Positions 1-6,751 of a stretch of 60,464 nucleotides of DNA are shown here, one piece after another. Made by a program: the position numbers and the translations under genes. Every line of letters starts with the position of its first letter. The stretch's first letter is position 1. Where the stretch lies: contig CAMJMF010000001.1 of assembly GCA_946406925.1 (NCBI GenBank), positions 1 through 60,464 on the forward strand. The letters run 5' to 3'. This DNA comes from an uncultured Spirochaetales bacterium. Lineage in GTDB: Bacteria; Spirochaetota; Spirochaetia; Treponematales; Treponemataceae. The notes below the pieces were generated by a model that was given only the letters and a program-made list of their open reading frames with translations, did no database searches and was not told the origin of the DNA.

Positions 1-744
1 GGCATCAAAAACGCGATTATCGTCGGCAAAGAGCTTAAAGAGAAGGGCTTTAACTTCGGCGTGCGCCTTGATTCGGGCGACATCAACTATCTTGCAAAAG
101 AAGTGCGCAAGCGCCTGGACGAGGCGGGGCTTGAAAAAGCGTTTATAACTGTTTCAAACGAACTAAACGAAGAGATTATCGAAACGCTTGTCAGCCAGAA
201 TGCGCCGGTTGACAGCTGGGGCGTCGGCACACACATGGTAACAGGCGGAAGCGAAGCTTCGTTTACTGGCGTTTATAAGCTTGCGGCGCGCCAGAACGCA
301 AGAAATCAGATGGTTGCCACAATGAAGATTTCTGACACCATAAAAAAGACCACAACACCGGGCATAAAGAATGTCTGGCGGCTTTTTGACGAAAAAGGCA
401 TGGCTTGTGTTGATATTCTTGCGCTTGAAAATGAAACTATTGAAGAAGGAAAAACTTCGCGGTTTTATCATCCGTCTGGCGATTTCAGGCAGTTTGACTT
501 TAAGCCCGCCGCCGTAAGGCAGATGCTTGTACTGCACATGAAAAACGGAAGAAGGCTTCATAACTTAACGCCGGAATTTGCGCTTAAGAAGGCTAGGGCG
601 GTTGCTTCTGCACAGCTTGAATATCTTGATGTGTCTTATAAGCGCATTTTGAACCCGCGCATTTATAAAGTTTCTATAACTGAAAATCTTAAATCGTTTA
701 AGATGCTGTTAATAGACTCAAAGCAGGCTAATAGACTACCTTAA
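1..744 (+). CDS. pncB: nicotinate phosphoribosyltransferase, C-terminal part (5' end outside window)
   Basis: Frame 1 is open from base 1 (GIKNAIIVGKELKEKGFNFGVRLDSGDINYLAKEV...). RLDSGD and WGVGT motifs are typical of NAPRTase. Stop at 742-744. Confidence 0.8.
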   Translation, partial: GIKNAIIVGKELKEKGFNFGVRLDSGDINYLAKEVRKRLDEAGLEKAFITVSNELNEEIIETLVSQNAPVDSWGVGTHMVTGGSEASFTGVYKLAARQNARNQMVATMKISDTIKKTTTPGIKNVWRLFDEKGMACVDILALENETIEEGKTSRFYHPSGDFRQFDFKPAAVRQMLVLHMKNGRRLHNLTPEFALKKARAVASAQLEYLDVSYKRILNPRIYKVSITENLKSFKMLLIDSKQANRLP

Positions 745-1954
745 GGCATGTCTCAAACAGCGTCTTAAAAGGCGTTTCTTTTGCAAAGAAATTGTCTACA
801 AGCGCTCTTTCAATTATCAAAAGCTTTGTGTCTTTTGAGACTGTAAAAACTGCGCCCTCAGATTCACGCTTAAATAGCGGAAGAAAGATATTCCGCGGCA
901 TATATTCAATTTTTTTGCCGTCTTTAAACGTACCGGTTATTGCGCCGTCAATTATAAATGCAAGTTTTTCAGGCGAACTGCCTTCAATATTGAGTGTCTC
1001 GCCCTGCTTAAAGCTGTCAATTTTCAAGTCTTTTTCGGTGAATTCCGGGGCTGTCGGTGAATTTCCGATTGTGAAATAAACTTCGTTGCCTTTCTCGTTG
1101 TAGTCAAGATGCTTAACCATGCGCTCGGTCATTTTAATGCCCATGCCGTGCAGATCAGGCTGAATGTCTTTTTCAAGCATTGCGCGCCAGTCAAAGCCTA
1201 TGCCTTCGTCTTTTATGCAGAAGCTTGTGTCTTTTTCGCATGCATTATAGTCAATCGTAATTTTTTTGGAACTTATTTCCGGCTGGCGGTTTCTGTTCGA
1301 GATAAGCTCAAGAATGTCATGGCCAGATTCAAGCCAGCGCGATTTTTCGTCATAGGTTATTCCGCAGTTGCCGTGCTCAAGCGCGTTAAGAAGCATTTCC
1401 ATCAGCGACGTCTGCAAGAGGAATTTGCCGTCCATGTCGATTCTGCCTGTGTTTGTAAGATAGGTCACAAGCAGGTCTGCGTAAATCACAATGTCAGCTG
1501 AATCGTTGTCGCAGACAAAAGTGCCCGCGCCGTTTATGCCAAGCCTGTATTGCAGAAGCTTATTATACAAAAACTGAAGATTCTGGTTGAAGATTTTGAA
1601 GTATCTTGTGCAGTTGCGTAAGAATTCCCTTTCGTTGATGCATAAAAGCAGGTTGGGGCAGAGTTCCATTTCTAGTGCCATGCGCTCGCCTTCGTCTGCA
1701 ACAATTACAAGAATGTTCAAAAACTTTAAGGCTTCGTCTGTTTTCAGCTTGTTGTAAAAATCTTCGCAGCGCAAGTCAGCAGAGGTAAAATCAAGAATAA
1801 CAAGTTCGCAGCTGTTATTCCTTATAAAAGAATCTATTTCAGATGAAGAAGAGAACAGCTTTATTTCAAAAGAGCCTTTCATGTCGTTGGACATTACATC
1901 AAGAGCGTGGTTTATTGCTTCTGTTGTTGATAAAACTGGTACTGTAATCATCAA
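728..1954 (-). CDS. multidomain signalling protein: receiver-like N-terminus, GHKL ATPase (SpoIIAB/RsbW-type Ser-kinase-like) core, cNMP-binding-like C-terminus
   Basis: 408-aa ORF. N-box-like LLNALEHGN, G1-like DEGIGFD, G2-like GMGIKM. N-terminal ELVILDF...ILVIVAD receiver-like pattern. C-terminal FIIDGAITGTF...LLIIERAL beta-rich segment. Start overlaps the upstream stop (1951-1954). Confidence 0.6.
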   Translation of the reverse strand: MMITVPVLSTTEAINHALDVMSNDMKGSFEIKLFSSSSEIDSFIRNNSCELVILDFTSADLRCEDFYNKLKTDEALKFLNILVIVADEGERMALEMELCPNLLLCINEREFLRNCTRYFKIFNQNLQFLYNKLLQYRLGINGAGTFVCDNDSADIVIYADLLVTYLTNTGRIDMDGKFLLQTSLMEMLLNALEHGNCGITYDEKSRWLESGHDILELISNRNRQPEISSKKITIDYNACEKDTSFCIKDEGIGFDWRAMLEKDIQPDLHGMGIKMTERMVKHLDYNEKGNEVYFTIGNSPTAPEFTEKDLKIDSFKQGETLNIEGSSPEKLAFIIDGAITGTFKDGKKIEYMPRNIFLPLFKRESEGAVFTVSKDTKLLIIERALVDNFFAKETPFKTLFETCLKVVY

Positions 1955-2679
1955 TCAGCTCCTTTATAAGGATATGTTAAATATTCCATGCGAACATTAC
2001 GCAGCGCATTGAAAAGCCTCTGTTTTTCAGCATTATTGCCGTTTGTTAATGCCTCAAGCCGTTTCCGGGCTTCTTTCCTTCCTGAGTTGTCCTGATAAGA
2101 ACATGTACACGTAGAAGAGATATAACCCTGCTGTGCCGCATGTTCCTGAATCATTGTAACCGGTGCCATGCATAACGGGCGTATAACCGTAACAGGATAT
2201 TTGTTGTAAGCAAGCCTCGGCGGCATTGTTGAAAGCTGACCCTTGTTCAGCGCGTTCATGAGCAGGGTCTCAAGAATGTCGTCAAGATGATGCCCGAGAG
2301 CTATCTTGTTAAAGCCGTTTGCAATGGCATAGTTATTTAATTCTGTACGCCGCTGTGTTGAACACCACCAGCAGTTCATTTTTCTGTCTGGCTTCAGTCT
2401 GTCTAAAACCGAAATTGTCACAACTTTAAAGGGTATATCCCATTTACCGAACATTTCTACGAGCTCATTGTTAAAAGGCGGTGCAATTTCTGTTGCTACA
2501 TTCAGCGCGGTAACAGAAAAGTTCTCACGTTTTTGTTTAAGCCGGTAAGCAAAATATTCTATTAACGCTGTTGAATCTTTGCCACCCGAAGCACCTATTA
2601 AAATGTTATCTCCTTCTTCGATAAGGCGGTAATCAAATACCGCGCGGTCTATAACACTAAAAAGTTTTGGTTGCGGCAT
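1951..2679 (-). CDS. ttcA: TtcA-family PP-loop ATPase (tRNA 2-thiocytidine synthase-like)
   Basis: 242 aa. PP-loop SGGKDS, CWWC plus a C-terminal Cys cluster (STCTCS), GHHLDDILETLLMN motif. Confidence 0.75.
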   Translation of the reverse strand: MPQPKLFSVIDRAVFDYRLIEEGDNILIGASGGKDSTALIEYFAYRLKQKRENFSVTALNVATEIAPPFNNELVEMFGKWDIPFKVVTISVLDRLKPDRKMNCWWCSTQRRTELNNYAIANGFNKIALGHHLDDILETLLMNALNKGQLSTMPPRLAYNKYPVTVIRPLCMAPVTMIQEHAAQQGYISSTCTCSYQDNSGRKEARKRLEALTNGNNAEKQRLFNALRNVRMEYLTYPYKGAD

Positions 2680-2764
2680 ACAAACAAGTATAACACGAGA
2701 AATTGTAAATGCGTAGTTTTTTGTGATTTTGTTTTGTAAATTAAGCGTAGTAAAATCTAAAAAC

Positions 2765-3376
2765 TTAGATTATGCTTTTGTCGCCTTTTCTGAAAAGCAG
2801 AAGCCTTGCAAGGTTTAGGATTCCTATAACGATTAAGATTACAGAAATTGTGTCAGAAAAAACGTGGACAATTGTGCTTATATAGTTTTTCTTAAAAAGA
2901 ATTGCACCAACACCAATAAGGATAATTCCAGCCGGAATAAGCAGTAAAAGGCGTTTTGCGCGTATCTCTTTTTCGCGGCGTTTTTCTTCAGAAGTTTCGT
3001 TTATTCCTGTGAAGAAATTTGCTACCCAATTGAAGATGCGTCTTATAAAGCTTGGGTTCTTAAGTTTTTCAAGTTCTGTGTAGCCTGCAATAAGCTCTTC
3101 CTGAGAAAAATCTGCGCGCTGGGTGTTTTCCTCAAGTTCCATTTCAAGAAGCGTAATCTTATCAGAAACCGAAACAACCTGCGCGTCAATTGTTGTCCAA
3201 CCGAGAGCTTTTGCAGCTTCTAAGCGTCTGTGACCTGCAATAAGTTCGTAACGCTCGTTTATGGTGATAGGGTTAAGAAGCCCGTAAAGGCGCAGACTTT
3301 CTTTAAGAGAGTCTAAGTCTCCCATGTCTTTTCTAACGCGTTTCTTGATTTTGATATTATCAACATTAACAAGCAT
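2765..3376 (-). CDS. ParB/Srx N-terminal domain protein with C-terminal membrane anchor
   Basis: 203 aa. LNPITINERYELIAGHRRLEAAKALGW is the ParB-N GxxRxxA box. Two hydrophobic helices at the C-terminus (LLLLIPAGIILIGVGAILF, VILIVIGILNLARLLLF). SD GAGGAG lies upstream of the ATG. Confidence 0.7.
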   Translation of the reverse strand: MLVNVDNIKIKKRVRKDMGDLDSLKESLRLYGLLNPITINERYELIAGHRRLEAAKALGWTTIDAQVVSVSDKITLLEMELEENTQRADFSQEELIAGYTELEKLKNPSFIRRIFNWVANFFTGINETSEEKRREKEIRAKRLLLLIPAGIILIGVGAILFKKNYISTIVHVFSDTISVILIVIGILNLARLLLFRKGDKSII

Positions 3377-3460
3377 TACGGCTCCTCACGCTTTAACGGC
3401 GTTGTATGGTTGCATCAGACAGCGGATTTATGCCGAAGCAGAAACCCGCTTGTATCAAGC

Positions 3461-6151
3461 TTAGTCAAACAAAAAGTTTTCAGGCTGATCTGATTGTTCC
3501 TGTTCTTCAGGTTTATTCATACCGAACGGGTCAAAATCACTTTCCTGATTTGTGTCTGTTACTTCAGATTCATTCTGCTTTTCCTGCTCTTTTTCTGCGT
3601 TCTTCTTTTTTGAACCGAATGAGAACAAACTGCTCCAAGAGAATGAATCATTTTCTTCTTTCTGCTCTTCTTCAGAAGTATAATTATCATCAAGGAATGA
3701 TAAGTCTACTTCAAGGGCAGAATCATCAAGTATGGCTGCCTGTGACATTACGCCTGACATATAGCGTTCGTTTTCAAGGCGTGTTTTTGCCAGAGTTTTT
3801 GCAGCTTCTCTGTTTTTGTGGTAGTCACAGACTGTTGTAGGCTGTGTGCCTTCAAGATAATACTTGGTTGTTGTGTGGTCGCCGCATTCTGCTGTAAGAA
3901 GCTTGCCCGAAACTGAACATACTGTAGCTTTTACAAGACCGGTCTGCGGGATCGGGAACTCTTTGTAAGGCATGTCCTCGTTGGCAATGCGCATAAAGTC
4001 ACCCCATGCAGGACCGGCGAGTGTAGAACCAGTAAGCTCAAGGCCTAAAGACTGACCAGGCTGGTCAAAGCCGAACCAGAGTGCGGCTGTGTAATATGGT
4101 GTGTAGCCTACTGCCCATGCGTTAGTCCAGTTCTGCGTGGTACCGGTCTTACCTGCGGCAGGCATCTGATAGCGGTCGCCGTTTGAGTTTTTGTACTGAA
4201 GTTTTGCACCCCACTGAACACCGTAGGCAAGTGTACCCATGCGAACAGAGTTTGTCAGAATATCTGTCATGATATAAGCTGTCTGCGGTGAAATAACCTG
4301 AATGCCAGAGCCGAGCTTTTTCTGCTCAGAGCGGATTCTTGCTTCAGGATTTTCAAAAACCTTACCGTTTCTGTCTTCAACTGAACGGATTGCAAAAGGC
4401 GTTACAGCTTTTCCCTGATTTGCAAAAATAGCAAATGCGCGGGCAAGCTCAATCGGTCTAATTGAACAGATGCCGAGAGCAGACGGATAAACGCGGTCAA
4501 AATGGCGTGCGTTAAGCTCTTCTTTTGGAATGCCGAGAAGTGCCGAAGCACGTTCAAATGCAGCGTCAAAGCCTACGCCGTCAAAAATCTTGAGCGACGG
4601 AATGTTCATAGACTTAGCGAGTGCGTACCAAAGCTGAACAGTTCCGAGCCATTCGCCTTTAAAGTTATTCGGAATATATGGAATATTGTCTTCATTATAG
4701 AAGATAACAGGCGAGTCATCTATTTGGGTTGTTGCTGTAAATTTCTTTGAGTCAATTGCAGCTGAATAATAGAGCGGCTTGAAAGTACTACCAGGCTGAA
4801 CAAGTGCCTGTGTTGCGCGGATAAACTGGTTTTCTGCGTCGAATTTGCTGCCGCCAACAAGCGCAGTGATGTAGCCTGTCTCGTTTTCAAGCGAGATAAA
4901 TGCGCCTTCAATGGTTGTCTTGCTTGAATCCTGCTTCTGCTTTGCGTTAGTTCTGTTGATAACTTCGGTTTTAAGGCTGTCAATGCCGCAAATCAAAGAG
5001 AAAATGTCAAGAATAGGGTTTATCTGATCTTCGTATGTGCTGCGTGTTACAAGCTCTGTTCTTTCCTGACCAACCTTGAGTTTTGGAATATCAAAAAGCA
5101 GCGAGAGCATTTCTACCATAGGAATATAGGTTGAGACTGCGTCAGAACTGCGCGAACCGCTTGACTTGCGGTAAGTGTTGTTCGCATATTCAAGCGTTCT
5201 TGACATAATATCCTGAGCGGCAAGCTGATGCTTTAGGTTCATTGTTGTGTTGACTGTAAAGCCGCCTGTGTAGATGTCTGCTTTTCCGTAGATAAGCGAA
5301 TTCAATTCGCGCAGAACGTATTCACTGAACCAAGGTGCTTTGTCTTCACGCATAAAGAATGCAGAAGTGCCTGTTCGTGTATAGTCGAATGTTGCCCAAT
5401 AATCATCAAATGAATCTGTAGCTTCTTCTTTTGTAAGATAGCCGAGCGACACCATCTCGTCGAGGACGTATTTCTGTCTGTCCTGTGCAATTGAAGGGTG
5501 CTCAAACGGGTTGTAAGCTGCCGGGTTTGAAAGCTGAATAACGAGCACCGCGGCTTCTGCCGGTGTAATTTCTGAAGCCGGATGACCGAAGTAATATTTT
5601 GATGCAGCGTTTACACCATAAGTTCCGCCGCCGAGGTAAATCTTGTTAAGATAAAGTTCAAGAATATCGTTCTTTGAATAGCGGCGCTCCATCTGGATTG
5701 CCCACCAAAGCTCTTTAATTTTTCGCTTAATTGAATATTCTGAGCGGTCGCAGTAAAGTGTACCGGCAATCTGCTGTGTCAGTGTTGAACCGCCGCCCGA
5801 ATCTTTGCCTGTAAGCTGACCGAGAACGGCGCGTACAAGTGCTTTTACGCTGTAGCCGCTGTGTCTGTAGAAGGTGCGGTCTTCGCGTGTAAGCAGCGCG
5901 TTGAGCATGTGCTGCGGCAATTTATCAATTGTAATCAGCTCGCGTTTTTCATCTGAAGAAAATTCGGTGATAAGCTCGCCGTTTATGTCCAGAAGCCTTG
6001 TAGGCAGTGCGGTTGTGAATTCGGAAAAGTTTTCAATATTTTTTGTATTAACAGTATTTGCAAGCAGCAGTCCGAGTGCAATGCCAAAGACCCCCGCGCA
6101 AAAAAACATCAGAAGAGAAAATAAAATAAAGCTTTGCTTAAATTTACGCAT
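3461..6151 (-). CDS. class A penicillin-binding protein (PBP1A family transglycosylase/transpeptidase)
   Basis: 896 aa. N-terminal TM helix, GT51 motifs (REDRTFYRHSG, GGSTLTQQ, RKIKE), transpeptidase STFKP and KTGTT motifs, acidic low-complexity C-terminal tail. Confidence 0.9.
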   Translation of the reverse strand: MRKFKQSFILFSLLMFFCAGVFGIALGLLLANTVNTKNIENFSEFTTALPTRLLDINGELITEFSSDEKRELITIDKLPQHMLNALLTREDRTFYRHSGYSVKALVRAVLGQLTGKDSGGGSTLTQQIAGTLYCDRSEYSIKRKIKELWWAIQMERRYSKNDILELYLNKIYLGGGTYGVNAASKYYFGHPASEITPAEAAVLVIQLSNPAAYNPFEHPSIAQDRQKYVLDEMVSLGYLTKEEATDSFDDYWATFDYTRTGTSAFFMREDKAPWFSEYVLRELNSLIYGKADIYTGGFTVNTTMNLKHQLAAQDIMSRTLEYANNTYRKSSGSRSSDAVSTYIPMVEMLSLLFDIPKLKVGQERTELVTRSTYEDQINPILDIFSLICGIDSLKTEVINRTNAKQKQDSSKTTIEGAFISLENETGYITALVGGSKFDAENQFIRATQALVQPGSTFKPLYYSAAIDSKKFTATTQIDDSPVIFYNEDNIPYIPNNFKGEWLGTVQLWYALAKSMNIPSLKIFDGVGFDAAFERASALLGIPKEELNARHFDRVYPSALGICSIRPIELARAFAIFANQGKAVTPFAIRSVEDRNGKVFENPEARIRSEQKKLGSGIQVISPQTAYIMTDILTNSVRMGTLAYGVQWGAKLQYKNSNGDRYQMPAAGKTGTTQNWTNAWAVGYTPYYTAALWFGFDQPGQSLGLELTGSTLAGPAWGDFMRIANEDMPYKEFPIPQTGLVKATVCSVSGKLLTAECGDHTTTKYYLEGTQPTTVCDYHKNREAAKTLAKTRLENERYMSGVMSQAAILDDSALEVDLSFLDDNYTSEEEQKEENDSFSWSSLFSFGSKKKNAEKEQEKQNESEVTDTNQESDFDPFGMNKPEEQEQSDQPENFLFD

Positions 6152-6203
6152 GATACTCTATGTTATTAAAGGTCAAGACTTTAGTCAATCTATTTAGAGG
6201 AAT

Positions 6204-6465
6204 AAATCTACATTATTATGGAAGATTGTACATTCGCCGTCGGTTTTGCGCTACACAAGCTGTCTGTTTTTGTTCCACAAAAACAGACACTTTTCGCCGA
6301 TTGGTCTCTAGTTGTAGATTAAGCTGTTGCGAAAAGAGTTTCGCCGATTGAACTTTATTCGTAGATTGAACTGTTGCGAAAAGCAAGCTGCCGGTTTTTG
6401 TGTAAACAAAAAGCGGCGTTTTTCGCCGAATGAGCTTTTTCGTAGATTAGGCTGTTGCGAAAAAA
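6204..6465 (+). repeat. modular intergenic repeat family, locus 1 (X-rc, TGTACA, then units H-T / T / H-T)
   Basis: AAATCTAC 6204-6211; TGTACA 6227-6232; hairpin H 6261-6289. T modules GTAGATTnnnCTGTTGCGAAAAG end at 6336, 6383 and about 6465. The same modules recur at 11267-11469, 12453-12480, 38436-38570 and 60237-60305. Confidence 0.8.
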
Positions 6466-6488
6466 AAAAGGCCGGTTACGCACCGGCC
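6461..6488 (-). terminator. orphan Rho-independent terminator (minus-strand sense)
   Basis: GGCCGGT-tacgc-ACCGGCC stem-loop (6470-6488) preceded on the plus strand by A9. On the minus strand this reads as a hairpin followed by T9. No annotated minus-strand gene lies upstream of it. Confidence 0.5.
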
Positions 6489-6502
6489 ATGCCCATCAGG
6501 CA

Positions 6503-6543
6503 GTCGGACAAACAATGGGTGGGAGGGGATTTGTTTGTCCGAC
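6503..6543. other. perfect 13-bp-stem hairpin with 15-nt G-rich (plus) / C-rich (minus) loop
   Basis: GTCGGACAAACAA-tgggtgggaggggat-TTGTTTGTCCGAC. Confidence 0.6.
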
Positions 6544-6681
6544 AAATTTATTATCGGCTGAAGTGCCAAATTCCTTTACCATTGTTTTTTTTCACATTGC
6601 CATTACTTAGTCATTGTTCAAAGTTAGAGAGTAGTGAACTTTCCGCGTTTGAATATCACTAAAAAAATACATAACTAAGTA

Positions 6682-6709
6682 TTGACATACTGGAGATTTG
6701 TAATATATT
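6682..6709 (+). promoter_or_regulatory. sigma-70-type promoter of LRR lipoprotein gene 1
   Basis: TTGACA (6682-6687), 16-nt spacer, TATATT (6704-6709). The same geometry and hexamers lie upstream of the paralog at 9236-9263. Confidence 0.55.
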
Positions 6710-6751
6710 TATTGTATTATTTATTTTTGTTTGATATTCCGAGGAAATGCT

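Noticed and set aside
1951-3376. The adjacent ParB-like and PP-loop ATPase genes as an IbrAB/Dnd-like DNA-modification or conflict system.
   Set aside because: The PP-loop protein has the full TtcA signature (SGGKDS, CxxC, GHxxDDxxET), not that of a DndC/PAPS-reductase-type enzyme. The two genes are separated by an 85-nt gap containing a promoter-like element. No nuclease or methylase partner is present.
6290-6470. Possible degenerate CRISPR array. The tandem units contain GTAGAT, reminiscent of the 3' end of Cas12a-type repeats.
   Set aside because: The units abut one another with no unique spacers. They differ in length (about 80, 47 and 80 nt). The same modules occur singly and in both orientations elsewhere. 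No cas gene is in the window.
6516-6530. G-quadruplex in the hairpin loop (GGGTGGGAGGGG).
   Set aside because: Only three G-runs are present and four are needed. The flanking perfect 13-bp stem makes the hairpin the dominant structure.
6160-6662. ORFs 6160-6351 and 6327-6662 (plus strand) in the PBP/LRR intergenic region.
   Set aside because: Their translations are simply the repeat units read through (repeated RRL.CCEK segments). They have no SD and one has a non-ATG start. The region is better explained as non-coding repeats and hairpins.
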